From positions 32,357 to 96,356 of the forward strand of contig CAZDVD010000005.1 in assembly GCA_964508765.1 (NCBI GenBank): 64,000 nt of DNA, in the 5' to 3' direction. Below the pieces are notes generated by a model. The model saw only the letters and a list, made by a program, of their open reading frames with translations. It was not told where the DNA came from and did not search any database. This document shows positions 11,389 through 22,031 of the stretch, piece after piece. Position numbers and translations under genes: made by a program. Position 1 is the stretch's first letter. The number at the start of each line of letters is the position of its first letter. The DNA is from an uncultured Lentisphaeria bacterium. GTDB taxonomy: Bacteria > Fidelibacterota > UBA8477 > JABMPR01.

Positions 11389-11503
11389 TGTCATCCCGAG
11401 CGGCTTGCAGGGGCGTAGCTCCACTGGAGCGAAGACCTGAGTCGAGGGATATGGAAAATCGAATTTGATCAAAGTGTCGCACTTCGACGAGCTCAGTGTG
11501 ACA
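11389..11503. repeat. composite REP/BIME-like element, copy 2
   Basis: 61-bp unit 11389-11449 identical to 8975-9035, then CTTCGACGAGCTCAGTGTGACA (11482-11503). Confidence 0.85.
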
Positions 11504-11510
11504 CAGATGA

Positions 11511-11546
11511 TTTACCAGGCGGGGATTTGAATCCCCGCCTGGTAAA
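11511..11546. terminator. perfect 17-bp inverted repeat between convergent thrC and proC (bidirectional terminator or REP)
   Basis: TTTACCAGGCGGGGATT-TG-AATCCCCGCCTGGTAAA. Confidence 0.65.
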
Positions 11547-11559
11547 CCCCGCGGTAACA

Positions 11560-12372
11560 TTAGTCCTTCTTATAAACCCCACTGGCCTTATTGGCTGAAG
11601 TAACAATCCCCTTGATCATGGCTGAGCTGAACCCTTCATGCTCCATCTGATTGAGGCCGGCAATGGTCACACCCCGGGGTGTGGTTACCTTATCGATTTC
11701 TGACTCAGGATGTTGGTGCTTTTTCAGAATAAGTTCTGCGGCGCCTTTGGCAACTTGTGCTGCAATAAGCAGGGCTTGATTGGAATGAAAACCTATTTCG
11801 ATGCCCCCCTGTGAGGCCGCACGGATGGCCCTGAGGAAAAATGCAATTCCGCAAGCCCCCAGCGCTGTGGCAGCACCCATTAGTTCTTCATCAATAACGA
11901 CAGTTTCGCCAACCGTATTGAAAATAGATTTGCCCAACTCCAGGGCTTCACCCTTATCCGTTGATGCCAGGCATGTGATAGACTCTTTGAGAGAGATAGC
12001 CGTATTGGGCATGGCTCTAACTATGGGTATATCCTCTTGCACACGGTTCTGAATCTGCTGGATGGAAACACCTGTTACCACAGAAACAATAGTATGTCTA
12101 TCAGACTTAAGTGCAGGAGCAATTTCTGTCAAAAGTTCATCAATCTGTTGTGGCTCCACAGCAATAATGAGAATGTTTGCAAGATCAACAGCTTTCAGAT
12201 TATCCGAGCTGGTCATAACCCCAAGTTGTTCAAATTTTTCCAATCTGTGGAGTTTACGACGAGTAAGAATGAGTTGCTCTGGCAAAAAAGCCTGAGAGTC
12301 CAGCAAGCCATCTGCAATAGAGCTTCCAATATTTCCTGTACCTAAAATTGCTAGTCGGTTCTTTTTTTTCAT
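11560..12372 (-). CDS. proC: pyrroline-5-carboxylate reductase
   Basis: ILGTGNIG Rossmann motif, IVRAMPNT, IDKVTTPRGVTIAGL. Confidence 0.95.
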   Translation of the reverse strand: MKKKNRLAILGTGNIGSSIADGLLDSQAFLPEQLILTRRKLHRLEKFEQLGVMTSSDNLKAVDLANILIIAVEPQQIDELLTEIAPALKSDRHTIVSVVTGVSIQQIQNRVQEDIPIVRAMPNTAISLKESITCLASTDKGEALELGKSIFNTVGETVVIDEELMGAATALGACGIAFFLRAIRAASQGGIEIGFHSNQALLIAAQVAKGAAELILKKHQHPESEIDKVTTPRGVTIAGLNQMEHEGFSSAMIKGIVTSANKASGVYKKD

Positions 12373-12502
12373 ATGAGCATTTCCCGTATGGTGATTGTCA
12401 ATTACTATAACTCGATCGCTGGCATTTCATTGATTCAAGAATCTTTCCAGGCATATCGGGAGCTAATATGGTGAATAAAATCATCGCATGAAAGTTTTTA
12501 GC

Positions 12503-13414
12503 TCAATAAAGATCTTCCACAGATAAATATCGTTCTCCCGTATCATAATTAAAGGTGAGAATAGTGCTGCCCGCTGGGACATCATCAAGGATTTGGGCCA
12601 CAGCGGCCAGGCTTGCCCCTGTGGAGATACCAACGAAAAGTCCCTCTTCCCGTCCAGCTCGCTGAGCATAGTCAAAAGCCTCCGAACCCGTCACAGAGAT
12701 ATTCCCATCCAGGAGATTGGTATCCAGGTTTTCAGGAATGAAACCAGCACCAATACCCTGAAGCGAGTGGGGGCCCGGCTGCCCCCCAGATATCACAGGT
12801 GACAGAGCTGGTTCAACAGCCAGAACTTTTAGATTTGGCCAGGCTTCCTTAAGTGCTCGAGCAACACCTGATATGTGACCTCCTGTACCCACTCCAGTGA
12901 TGAAGTAATCCAGACCTTCAGGGAAATCAGCCAGTATTTCTTGTGCAGTATTCCGATAGTGGACATCCGGGTTAGCAGGGTTCTGAAATTGTGAAGGAAT
13001 CCAGGCATTAGAGATACTTTCTTTCAATTTCTCTGCTTTTGCAATGGCACCCTTCATACCCTTTTCCTTTGGACTTAGCTCAAATTCAGCACCATAGGCA
13101 GACATGAGTTTTCTTCTTTCCACTGACATGGATTCAGGCATCACTAAAATAACCCGGTAGCCTTTAACGGCTCCCACCATGGCCAACCCGATCCCAGTAT
13201 TGCCGCTGGTCGGTTCTATGATCACTGAGCCAGGTTTTAGCTGTCCCTGGGCTTCAGCAACTTCAATCATATTCAAGGCTATTCTGTCCTTTATACTCCC
13301 CCCGGGATTGAATTTTTCCAGCTTTATCCAGATATCATGGGTGTCGGGGTAAAGACGATTCAGGTGCAGATGGGGGGTGTTACCAATACTTTCCAATATA
13401 TTATTGAGTCTCAT
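12503..13414 (-). CDS. cysK: cysteine synthase A
   Basis: [45 protein letters not shown]. Confidence 0.96.
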   Translation of the reverse strand: MRLNNILESIGNTPHLHLNRLYPDTHDIWIKLEKFNPGGSIKDRIALNMIEVAEAQGQLKPGSVIIEPTSGNTGIGLAMVGAVKGYRVILVMPESMSVERRKLMSAYGAEFELSPKEKGMKGAIAKAEKLKESISNAWIPSQFQNPANPDVHYRNTAQEILADFPEGLDYFITGVGTGGHISGVARALKEAWPNLKVLAVEPALSPVISGGQPGPHSLQGIGAGFIPENLDTNLLDGNISVTGSEAFDYAQRAGREEGLFVGISTGASLAAVAQILDDVPAGSTILTFNYDTGERYLSVEDLY

Positions 13415-13425
13415 GTTTAAACTTC

Positions 13426-14268
13426 CTATATGACATAGTTAATGGGGTTTGGATCAAGACGATTATCTCTAACCACCGATTCCTGATGACGGAAAACAAC
13501 AGAGTGGGGGTCTACACTTTCAGTAAGCCAGACATTTCCGCCGATGATGGTATGGTGGCCAATGACAGTATTCTTACCCAGGATGGTACTGCCGGCATAA
13601 AGAATGACCTGATCTTCGATGGTAGGGTGTCGCTTCGTGTGTTTTAAGCGCTTCTCAACGAATCTGGCACCTAGTGTTACCCCCTGATAGATCTTCACAT
13701 CATTACCAACAATGGCTGTTTCCCCAATGACGATTCCCGTTCCATGATCAATAAAACAACGCCGACCAATAGTGGCTCCAGGGTGGATGTCGATACCTGT
13801 TTTTCCATGGGCATATTCACTCATGACTCTGGGGAGTAAAGGGACTTCCAATTCATATAACAAATGAGCGAGCCGATGGATGGTGAGGGCATAGAATCCT
13901 GGGTAACACATGACAACTTCCTCAAGACAGTGAGCTGCAGGATCAGAATCTAAAAATGTATGAGCATCTTCAACAAGCAGTTTATAGACATCTGGTATGG
14001 CTTGAAATACTCGCTCAGCAACCTGCTCAGGGCTGAGTTGTATTTTTTCTGTTAAAGGCTCAACCAGCGAACTCAGACGCTTTTGCATGGTTTCAAAGGC
14101 TGTTTGAATTTCGCTGACGCTCATCTCTTGATTTTCCATGATGGGAAACATCAAGTGAACCAGATCATCGATATAGGTGTGAGAATCGCGGATGGTGGGA
14201 ACATCCGAGCAGTAGCTGGTATCGATTTTTTGTAGCATTTCCACAAATGAAATATTCATTGTATTCAC
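13426..14268 (-). CDS. cysE: serine O-acetyltransferase
   Basis: DPAA...[36 protein letters not shown]. Confidence 0.94.
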   Translation of the reverse strand: MNTMNISFVEMLQKIDTSYCSDVPTIRDSHTYIDDLVHLMFPIMENQEMSVSEIQTAFETMQKRLSSLVEPLTEKIQLSPEQVAERVFQAIPDVYKLLVEDAHTFLDSDPAAHCLEEVVMCYPGFYALTIHRLAHLLYELEVPLLPRVMSEYAHGKTGIDIHPGATIGRRCFIDHGTGIVIGETAIVGNDVKIYQGVTLGARFVEKRLKHTKRHPTIEDQVILYAGSTILGKNTVIGHHTIIGGNVWLTESVDPHSVVFRHQESVVRDNRLDPNPINYVI

Positions 14269-14316
14269 TTTATTTATTGGTTTTGAATTAATTATATATA
14301 AAAGAAAAAATGGCTG

Positions 14317-14379
14317 TCAGACCATACAAAAAGCACAGAGGGTTGCTTGAAGGCCAATATGTGACAGTAAATGTATCAT
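14317..14379 (-). promoter_or_regulatory. putative cys leader peptide MIHLLSHIGLQATLCAFCMV* whose stop overlaps a weak terminator
   Basis: 20-codon ORF with two late Cys codons; stop lies within ATGGT-CTGACA-GCCAT followed by TTTTTCTTTT, about 50 nt before cysE. Confidence 0.5.
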
Positions 14380-14383
14380 ATTG

Positions 14384-14413
14384 ATTATATAGTGAATGAA
14401 ATGAAATGTTCAA
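14384..14413 (-). promoter_or_regulatory. sigma70-type promoter for the cys operon
   Basis: TTGAAC-18 nt-TATAAT on the minus strand. Confidence 0.5.
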
Positions 14414-14597
14414 ACATAATTCAATAAAAAAGGCAGCTCTTCTGGATGTTGAAAGTGGAGTGTGTTGAATTTCGGGAAAAAATCGTTGAATTGAAATGTC
14501 ATTGTAATTAATGGCACCATAAGTATTAGGTGATCACCTATTTCAACAATTGTTTTAACAGGGAAACAATTGTCAGCTATAAAAAAGATGTTAATGC

Positions 14598-14626
14598 TTG
14601 CATCGCATCCACTTTAATCCTACAAT
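14598..14626 (+). promoter_or_regulatory. sigma70-type promoter for the his operon
   Basis: TTGCAT-17 nt-TACAAT just upstream of the His leader. Confidence 0.65.
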
Positions 14627-14656
14627 TACTCCGCAATGAAAATGTTGAAAGTAAAT

Positions 14657-14713
14657 ATGAACCCGAACACCATGATGAATCATCGCCATATTAATAATCA
14701 TCATATGATGTAG
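14657..14713 (+). CDS. hisL: his operon leader peptide [18 protein letters not shown] (alternative in-frame start at 14636)
   Basis: Four His codons in 8 positions, located between the promoter and the attenuator terminator before hisG. Confidence 0.8.
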   Translation: MNPNTMMNHRHINNHHMM

Positions 14714-14776
14714 CTGTTCGGAACACATATCTCGGATGGCTAGCGCAAAGTTGGCCACCTCGGGACTAAATTTTTT

Positions 14777-14813
14777 AAAACCCCTGGAGTCAACTCCGGG
14801 GGTTTTTGTTTTT
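14777..14813 (+). terminator. his attenuator intrinsic terminator
   Basis: AAAACCCCTGGAG-TCAA-CTCCGGGGGTTTT followed by TGTTTTT, about 30 nt before hisG. Confidence 0.85.
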
Positions 14814-14843
14814 ATGAACAATTTGAAAGGTGAAAAAGGAAAA

Positions 14844-15740
14844 ATGAGTAACAAACGATTAAAAATTGCAGTACAAAAATCAGGGCGCCTCAGCGATGCA
14901 ACCCTGGATATCCTGAAGCGATGCGGTTTACGCATCAACCAGTCCAAAAACAAATTGATTACCCATGTCAAAAACATGCCCATCGATATTCTTTTTGTGA
15001 GAGATGATGATATCCCGGGACTGGTCATGGAAGGTGTGGTTGATCTTGGATTTGTCGGAGACAACATCATGCAGGAAGTCAGTCTGCAGAGAGCCAAGTT
15101 TGGAGAGCAGGCCGACTTCATTAGGCTCATCTCTCTGGACTATGGAAACTGTCGTCTCTCAATCGCCACGACAGAAGAGCAAAAATATTCCAGCATTAAA
15201 GACCTGTCAGGCTGCCGGATAGCCACAAGTTATCCCTATTCCTTAGGTCGATATCTTGAGGAACAGGGGGTTACCGCCAAGATCGTCCACCTCACCGGTT
15301 CCGTAGAAGTTGCCCCCCGTGCTGGTCTGGCCGATGCCATTTGCGATCTGGTTTCAACGGGTGTGACCCTGGAAGCCAATGGTCTTCGAGAAGATGAAGT
15401 TATTCTCAGGTCTTCAGCTACCCTGGTACAAAAGCCCGTCATAGAAAACGAAGAACTGCAAAAACTGGTTGACCGTCTCATTGTCAGAGTCAATGGGGTC
15501 ATGCTGGCCAAAGAGAGCAAGTATATCATGCTCCACGCTCCCCTGAAGCAGATTGATGCCATCATAGATCTTTTGCCAGGTGCTGAGAAGCCAACGGTCC
15601 TGCCTCTGGCTGGTTCAGATGATCAGGTCGCCATACATGCCGTGAGTACAGAGACCGTCTTCTGGGAGACCATGGAATCATTGAAACAACTGGGCGGAAG
15701 TTCAATTCTAGTGCTTCCCATCGAAAAAATGATGGAGTAG
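14844..15740 (+). CDS. hisG: ATP phosphoribosyltransferase (long form)
   Basis: [54 protein letters not shown]; start 14844 after AAAGGA. Confidence 0.97.
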   Translation: MSNKRLKIAVQKSGRLSDATLDILKRCGLRINQSKNKLITHVKNMPIDILFVRDDDIPGLVMEGVVDLGFVGDNIMQEVSLQRAKFGEQADFIRLISLDYGNCRLSIATTEEQKYSSIKDLSGCRIATSYPYSLGRYLEEQGVTAKIVHLTGSVEVAPRAGLADAICDLVSTGVTLEANGLREDEVILRSSATLVQKPVIENEELQKLVDRLIVRVNGVMLAKESKYIMLHAPLKQIDAIIDLLPGAEKPTVLPLAGSDDQVAIHAVSTETVFWETMESLKQLGGSSILVLPIEKMME

Positions 15741-15742
15741 AT

Positions 15743-17038
15743 ATGATCGATTGGCAAACACTTGATGCGTCTCAAAAAAAGAACCTTCTCGAGCGGCCTC
15801 TCATGGCAGATAATGATAAGCTTCAAGGCTCAGTAGAGAAAATCCTTAGAGTTGTCAAGGAGTCAGGAAATGATGCTTTACGCGTGTTGACTGCCCGTTT
15901 TGACGGAGTGGAATTAGATGATTTTAAAGTGTCTGAACAGGAAATCAAAGCAGCCATATCAAGTCTTGATTCTGTAGTGACAGGTGCCATTGATCAAGCC
16001 TATGAAATGATCAGGGCTTTTCACTCGGCTCAACTGCAAGATGATATTGAAGTGGAAACTGCACCTGGGGTGAGCTGTACGCTGAGAATTAGACCCCTGC
16101 AGTCTGTGGGATTGTATGTGCCCGGTGGGAGCACACCATTGATTTCAACGGCACTCATGTTGGGTGTCCCAGCCCAATTGGCAGATTGTCCTTCTGTTAC
16201 AATCGTTAGTCCTCCTGGACAAAATGGTCAGATCGCGCCGGAAATTATCTATGCCGCATCAAAGTGTGGTATAGACTCCCTCTACAAAGTGGGCGGCGCC
16301 CAGGCTATTGCAGCTCTTGCTTTTGGGACAGAAACCATCCCTTCTGTGGATAAAATCTTTGGTCCTGGGAATCGTTATGTCACAGAAGCCAAACGCCAAG
16401 TAAACCAGATGGAGAGCATCGTGGGAATTGATATGCCTGCCGGTCCTTCTGAGGTCTTGGTGATTGCAGACGATTCGGCTGATGCGCGTTTTGTCGCTGC
16501 AGATCTTCTCAGCCAGGCTGAACATGGACCCGATTCTCAAGTTATTCTGATTTCTGATGATGCCTCACTGATCCAAAATGTAGAAACTGTCCTCCAAGAG
16601 CAGTTGAAGGCATTGAGTCGATGGAGAATTGCCAGAGAATCTCTGACACACGCCAGATATATCCTGGCCAGAGATATAGATCAGGCGATAGAGATCAGCA
16701 ATCTTTACGCTCCGGAACACTTGATTATGAATGTCAGGGCTGCCGAGGACTATCTAGATCAAATCATCCATGCCGGATCAATATTCCTGGGTCCCTGGAC
16801 ACCGGAAAGTGCTGGAGACTATGCCTCTGGAACCAATCATGTCCTCCCAACATATGGCTACGCCAGATTCACTGATGCTCTGTCTCTGAAGGATTTTCAG
16901 AAACGAAGTACCATCCAGAAGCTCACTCGGGATGGTCTGGCTTCCTTGAGTGATACTATCACAACCCTTGCTCATAGTGAGGGTCTGGATGCTCATGCAA
17001 ATGCAGTTGCCATCCGACTGGGGGAGGAGGTTGTATGA
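15743..17038 (+). CDS. hisD: histidinol dehydrogenase
   Basis: VGLYVPGG, IDMPAGPSEVL, DLLSQAEHG, YAPEHL, GDYASGTNHVLPT. Confidence 0.97.
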   Translation: MIDWQTLDASQKKNLLERPLMADNDKLQGSVEKILRVVKESGNDALRVLTARFDGVELDDFKVSEQEIKAAISSLDSVVTGAIDQAYEMIRAFHSAQLQDDIEVETAPGVSCTLRIRPLQSVGLYVPGGSTPLISTALMLGVPAQLADCPSVTIVSPPGQNGQIAPEIIYAASKCGIDSLYKVGGAQAIAALAFGTETIPSVDKIFGPGNRYVTEAKRQVNQMESIVGIDMPAGPSEVLVIADDSADARFVAADLLSQAEHGPDSQVILISDDASLIQNVETVLQEQLKALSRWRIARESLTHARYILARDIDQAIEISNLYAPEHLIMNVRAAEDYLDQIIHAGSIFLGPWTPESAGDYASGTNHVLPTYGYARFTDALSLKDFQKRSTIQKLTRDGLASLSDTITTLAHSEGLDAHANAVAIRLGEEVV

Positions 17039-18105
17039 CTTTGCTGGAAACGATCACTCCAAAACATATTCAAAATCTGGTGCCTTATGCATCTGCCCGG
17101 CGTGAAGCCAGCTCTGGCGAGGTGTGGTTAAACGCCAATGAGAACCCCTATGAGTGCACTACTCCTGAAAGTTTGTCAGCCTTAAATCGATATCCAGACT
17201 TTCAACCTGAACAACTCGTAGAGGGATATGCAAGTTATGCCGGTGTGAAGAAGGAGCAGGTGCTTGTGACTCGTGGGATTGATGAAGGAATTGATCTATT
17301 GACACGTGCTTTTTGCAGGTCGGGGGCAGACAGTATTATTTACACTCCTCCAACCTATGGGATGTATAAAATCTCAGCAGAAAGCAATAACATTGGAGCG
17401 AAAGCAGTGCTACTGATGCCTGATTGGTCATTGGATGTCCAGGGTATTCTTGAGGCTGTTTCTGAAAGTAAGCTGATCTATTTTTGTTCTCCGAATAATC
17501 CCACGGGGAGCCTCCTTGATCCATCAGACATTCGCAGCATTCTCGATGCGACTCGTAACAATGCACTTGTTGTTGTTGATGAAGCGTATATTGAGTTTAA
17601 GCCTGAATCAAGTATGGTATCTCTCCTATTAGAATATCCAAATCTGGTGATCATGCGTACCCTGTCTAAAGCTTTTGGATTGGCCGGTCTCCGATGTGGA
17701 TTCCTCCTGGCTTCTCCAGAGATCATTGCAGTGCTGCAAAAAGTCTCTGCGCCCTATCCCATTTCCATCCCTGTTGTTGACATTGCCAGCACAGCACTCG
17801 GGGAGCAGGGTATTGTTTGCATGATGCGCGATGTGGAAACCATTCAGAAAGACCGTGATAAACTCATGGATATGCTCCAGGAATTTTCATCTGTAACAAC
17901 GGTCTACCCCAGCTCAACAAATTTTGTGCTGTTTCAAGTTGAAGATGCAGCAGACGTAATGTCCTTTCTCCTGCAGAGGGGGATTGTCATTCGAAATCAA
18001 TCGAGCCAGCCTGGGCTGGACAGCACTTTGCGAATCACAATAGGAACAGAATCAGAACTCCAGAAATTTTATCAATGCATGAAAGCGTATGAGGCCAGCC
18101 TATGA
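17035..18105 (+). CDS. hisC: histidinol-phosphate aminotransferase
   Basis: [39 protein letters not shown]. Confidence 0.96.
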   Translation: MTLLETITPKHIQNLVPYASARREASSGEVWLNANENPYECTTPESLSALNRYPDFQPEQLVEGYASYAGVKKEQVLVTRGIDEGIDLLTRAFCRSGADSIIYTPPTYGMYKISAESNNIGAKAVLLMPDWSLDVQGILEAVSESKLIYFCSPNNPTGSLLDPSDIRSILDATRNNALVVVDEAYIEFKPESSMVSLLLEYPNLVIMRTLSKAFGLAGLRCGFLLASPEIIAVLQKVSAPYPISIPVVDIASTALGEQGIVCMMRDVETIQKDRDKLMDMLQEFSSVTTVYPSSTNFVLFQVEDAADVMSFLLQRGIVIRNQSSQPGLDSTLRITIGTESELQKFYQCMKAYEASL

Positions 18106-19172
18106 GTGCCAGACCAACCCTGTTCATCGATAGAGATGGAACCTTGATTAAAGAACCACCTATAGATTTTCAAGTTGATTCACTTGAGAAACTAGCCCTT
18201 GAGGCATATGTCATTCCAGCTTTGTTGAAATTGCAGCAAGCTGGGTATACCCTCATCATGATATCCAATCAGGATGGTCGCGGGACTGAGTCCTTTCCCG
18301 AGGAAGATTTCATGGTGCCTCAAGACAAGCTCATGGATATTTTTGCCTCACAGGGAATTGAGTTTGAAGAAACCCTGTTTTGCCCTCACTTCGAGGAAGA
18401 TGGCTGCTCATGCCGGAAGCCAAAACTGGGCCTGGTGCAACCACTGTTGAAGGCTGGCAAGATCGATTTCCAGGACTCCTGGGTTATCGGAGATCGTCAG
18501 AGTGATGTTCAGTTGGCGTCTAATATGGGTATCGAAGCGATACTGTATGAGCCAGAGAAAATGGGCTGGAATTCCATCGTTGAATTACTCACACAATCTC
18601 ATCGGGTAGCCAACATTGCCAGATCCACATCAGAAACGCAGATCAACATTGAAGTGGATCTTGATAGTGAAAAAAAATCAGAAATATCGACTGGGATTGG
18701 CTTTTTTGATCACATGTTAGATCAGATTACTGTCCATGCCGGATTCTATCTGAAATGCGATGTGAAGGGTGATTTGGGAATAGACGATCATCACAGTATT
18801 GAAGATACTGCTTTGGCCCTGGGTGAAGCGCTCTCAAAAGCACTGGGTCGCAAGCAGGGGATTGGTCGCTTTGGCTTTGCCCTTCCCATGGATGAGTGTC
18901 GTGCAGAATGTCTCCTGGATATATCCGGGCGTCCTCACCTTGAGTTTCAGGCAATCTTTACCACAGAACGCGTGGGTGAAATGAACACACAAATGGTCCA
19001 GCACTTTTTTAGGTCTCTGGCAATGAGTATGGGTGTAACCCTACATTTATCAACTACCGAAGGCAATAGTCATCATCAGGTTGAATCCCTATTTAAGGTG
19101 TTTGGTAGAGCCCTGGGGCAGGCCATCAAAAAAACGGGAGATAAAATTCCCAGTTCAAAGGGGGTTTTGTGA
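18102..19172 (+). CDS. hisB: bifunctional histidinol-phosphatase / imidazoleglycerol-phosphate dehydratase (HisNB)
   Basis: N-terminal [11 protein letters not shown] and CSCRKP; C-terminal [26 protein letters not shown]. Confidence 0.96.
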   Translation: MSARPTLFIDRDGTLIKEPPIDFQVDSLEKLALEAYVIPALLKLQQAGYTLIMISNQDGRGTESFPEEDFMVPQDKLMDIFASQGIEFEETLFCPHFEEDGCSCRKPKLGLVQPLLKAGKIDFQDSWVIGDRQSDVQLASNMGIEAILYEPEKMGWNSIVELLTQSHRVANIARSTSETQINIEVDLDSEKKSEISTGIGFFDHMLDQITVHAGFYLKCDVKGDLGIDDHHSIEDTALALGEALSKALGRKQGIGRFGFALPMDECRAECLLDISGRPHLEFQAIFTTERVGEMNTQMVQHFFRSLAMSMGVTLHLSTTEGNSHHQVESLFKVFGRALGQAIKKTGDKIPSSKGVL

Positions 19173-19759
19173 GTGTCATCATAGATACGGGTTGCGCCAA
19201 TCTCACCTCTTTGAAATTTGCGGTGGAACGTTTGACTCAAAATGTCCTCATTAGCGATGATCCCCAGGTCATTAGTTCTGCTGAACGCGTCTTCCTGCCC
19301 GGAGTGGGAAGTGCCCAGTATGCCATGGGTGTTTTGGAGGAGAAGGGACTCGTCACTGTCATCCAAAAATTGACTCAACCCGTTCTGGGAATCTGTCTGG
19401 GGATGCAGATGCTCACATCAAGCTCCGCAGAGGGTGATATAGCCTGTTTGGGACTCATCCCGGGTGAGGTTGAGGGGTTGCAGTCCCAGGACCTACGATT
19501 GCCCCATATGGGCTGGAATACGCTTACAGCGTGTAGCGACCATCCCCTTCTGCACGGGCTAAGCTCTGATATGTATTTCTATTTTGTTCACAGTTATGGA
19601 GCGAACCTATCCGACGCCACCATTGCTCAATGTGAATATGGCAGTCCATTTTCTGCAGCCATTGCCTCAAATAATTTTATGGGTGTTCAATTTCATCCAG
19701 AGCGATCCAGCCAGGCTGGTTCTCAATTGTTAAAAAACTTTCTGGAGATACAGATATGA
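19169..19759 (+). CDS. hisH: imidazole glycerol phosphate synthase, glutaminase subunit
   Basis: [26 protein letters not shown]. Confidence 0.96.
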   Translation: MSVIIDTGCANLTSLKFAVERLTQNVLISDDPQVISSAERVFLPGVGSAQYAMGVLEEKGLVTVIQKLTQPVLGICLGMQMLTSSSAEGDIACLGLIPGEVEGLQSQDLRLPHMGWNTLTACSDHPLLHGLSSDMYFYFVHSYGANLSDATIAQCEYGSPFSAAIASNNFMGVQFHPERSSQAGSQLLKNFLEIQI

Positions 19760-20493
19760 TCATTCCAGCCATTGATCTCATTGATGGTCAAACCGTTCGC
19801 TTGTTTAAAGGGGACTATGGCCAGGTTACTTACTATGATCAGAACCCTGCAGAGTTGGTGGCTCTCTATTCACAAAATGGGGCAGAACTCATCCATATTG
19901 TAGATCTCCAGGGAGCTAAGGATATTTCCAGGAGACAACTCTCATTGATTGGAAAATTGAGCTCCTCCACAGAAGTTCTCATTCAGACTGGAGGAGGAGT
20001 CCGGTCTGAAAAGGATATCGCTGAATTGCTTGATGCCGGAGCTGATCGAGTCGTTATTGGAAGTCTTGCCATTAAAAAACCTGAACTCGTATCAGGTTGG
20101 ATTCAAAACTTTGGTCCAGAACGAATTGTCCTGGCGCTGGATGTAGCCCTTGGTAATGGAGGCGAAAAATGGCTCCCCACTCAGGCCTGGCAAGAGGGAG
20201 GACAGGTACTCCTTGAGGATGTCCTTGATCAATTTCTTGCAGTAAATGTGCAACATATCCTCTGTACGGATATTAGTCGAGATGGAACCCTACAGGGCTC
20301 AAATCATCAACTCTATAGAGAGCTCCAGGAAAAATATCCGCAATTAACGTGGCAGGCATCGGGGGGAATTGGAAGTCTACAGGATATCTCCATGGTTGCT
20401 CAAACAGGTGTCTCGGGAATTATTGTGGGCAAGGCACTCCTAGATGGAAAATTCACCCTTAAGGAGGCTCAGGCATGCTGGCTCGCCGAATAA
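19756..20493 (+). CDS. hisA: ProFAR isomerase
   Basis: [38 protein letters not shown]. Confidence 0.96.
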   Translation: MIIPAIDLIDGQTVRLFKGDYGQVTYYDQNPAELVALYSQNGAELIHIVDLQGAKDISRRQLSLIGKLSSSTEVLIQTGGGVRSEKDIAELLDAGADRVVIGSLAIKKPELVSGWIQNFGPERIVLALDVALGNGGEKWLPTQAWQEGGQVLLEDVLDQFLAVNVQHILCTDISRDGTLQGSNHQLYRELQEKYPQLTWQASGGIGSLQDISMVAQTGVSGIIVGKALLDGKFTLKEAQACWLAE

Positions 20494-21248
20494 TACCCTG
20501 TTTGGATGTCCGTGATGGGAAGGTGGTTAAGGGAATCAGATTCCGAGACCATGAAATTGTGGGAGATATCGTCCCTCTTGCGGAGTTCTACTCGCAAATG
20601 GGTGCAGATGAACTGGTGTTCTATGATATCACAGCCAGCAGTGATGGTCGTAGTGTCGATCGCAGCTGGATTGAACGCGTTGCCAGGGTCATTGACATTC
20701 CATTTTGTGTGGCTGGAGGAATCTCAACCTTGGATCTGGCTGCAGAAGTCCTGGAAATGGGCGCTGACAAAATCAGTATTAATTCTCCTGCCCTGAATGA
20801 CCCCAGTCTCATCTGTGACCTGAATGAACGTTTTGGTCAACAGTGTGTGGTGGTAGGGATTGACAGTTTTCAGGATGAAACCAGTGGAGAATATCAGGTC
20901 TATCAATACACGGGTGATGTGGATCGTACACAACTGACTCCCTGGAAGACCTTTGATTGGATACATGAGGTTCAACAGTTGGGTGCGGGTGAAATTGTGC
21001 TGAATTGTATGAACCAGGATGGGGTGCGACAGGGCTATGATACGATCCAATTGACTCAAGCACGCTTGAGTTGTGATATCCCGCTCATTGCATCCGGTGG
21101 GGCCGGCACCCGAGAACATTTTAAGGACGTGTTTAAAAAAAGTGATGTGGACGGGGCCTTGGCTGCCAGTGTCTTTCACAAGCGTGTACTGGATATTCAG
21201 GAATTAAAAAAATATTTATCAGAATCAGGTGTGGAGGTAAGACGATGA
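20475..21248 (+). CDS. hisF: imidazole glycerol phosphate synthase, cyclase subunit
   Basis: [35 protein letters not shown]. Confidence 0.97.
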   Translation: MLARRIIPCLDVRDGKVVKGIRFRDHEIVGDIVPLAEFYSQMGADELVFYDITASSDGRSVDRSWIERVARVIDIPFCVAGGISTLDLAAEVLEMGADKISINSPALNDPSLICDLNERFGQQCVVVGIDSFQDETSGEYQVYQYTGDVDRTQLTPWKTFDWIHEVQQLGAGEIVLNCMNQDGVRQGYDTIQLTQARLSCDIPLIASGGAGTREHFKDVFKKSDVDGALAASVFHKRVLDIQELKKYLSESGVEVRR

Positions 21249-21862
21249 AGGTTACTCGAGAGAATCTCGATCAGTTAGCATGGGAAAAACAGAAGGGTCT
21301 TATTCCAGCCATCGTACAGGATGCCATTTCAGGCGTGCTGTTGATGCAGGCCTATATGAATCAGGAAGCGCTGTCTCAGACACTCAAGACCGGTCGTGTC
21401 ACGTTTTTCAGCAGAAGCCGTCAGAGTCTCTGGGAAAAAGGAGAGACCTCTGGGAACACCCTGAATTGCAAGGAAATAGAAGCTGATTGTGATGGTGACA
21501 GTTTGATGATTCTGGCATCTCCTACAGGTCCTGTATGCCATACAGGTGCCGCCACTTGCTGGGGAGAGGGTCCCCAACCGGGGCTATCATTTCTATCAGA
21601 GCTGGAAGGGGTGATTGCTTACCGTCAAACTGCTTCATCCGAAACCTCATATACGGCCAAGCTTCTTAAACGAGGTCCAAAGTATATTGCCCAAAAAGTA
21701 GGTGAGGAAGCAGTCGAAACCGCACTGGCAGCTGTGGCTGGCGATGATGAGGAATTTCTGAACGAAAGTGCAGATTTGATCTATCACCTACTTGTGCTCA
21801 TCAATTCGAAGGGATTGATCCTGAATGATGTTGTCAGTGTGTTGAAGGCAAGACATGACTAA
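21245..21862 (+). CDS. hisI: bifunctional phosphoribosyl-AMP cyclohydrolase / phosphoribosyl-ATP pyrophosphatase (HisIE)
   Basis: [35 protein letters not shown]. Confidence 0.96.
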   Translation: MKVTRENLDQLAWEKQKGLIPAIVQDAISGVLLMQAYMNQEALSQTLKTGRVTFFSRSRQSLWEKGETSGNTLNCKEIEADCDGDSLMILASPTGPVCHTGAATCWGEGPQPGLSFLSELEGVIAYRQTASSETSYTAKLLKRGPKYIAQKVGEEAVETALAAVAGDDEEFLNESADLIYHLLVLINSKGLILNDVVSVLKARHD

Positions 21863-21891
21863 GTGATTTTTTTCCTTCAACGGCACGGGTG

Positions 21892-22003
21892 TGTCTTGCT
21901 GAGCCTGTCGAAGTATGACACTCCCATGACATGGTATTGTGGATAACATGTCGTAGTGTCATCCTGCCTGGTAGGGCGAAGACTAGAAATCAACGAAGGA
22001 TGA
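21892..22003. repeat. degenerate REP-like units after the his operon
   Basis: TGTCTTGCTGAGCCTGTCGAAG resembles the reverse complement of the 8894 unit; TGTCATCCTG...GTAGGGCGAAGAC...CGAAGGA resembles the 61-bp unit. Confidence 0.55.
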
Positions 22004-22031
22004 GAACAGTAAAAAAGAAAGAATTTAGAAT

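Noticed and set aside
8894-11503. Repeats as a possible CRISPR array
   Set aside because: Only two identical units 2.4 kb apart with genes between them; no regular repeat-spacer pattern and no cas genes.
14591-15130. 179-aa minus-strand ORF with His/Met-rich tail
   Set aside because: Antisense shadow of hisG and the his leader (ATG/CAT complementarity).
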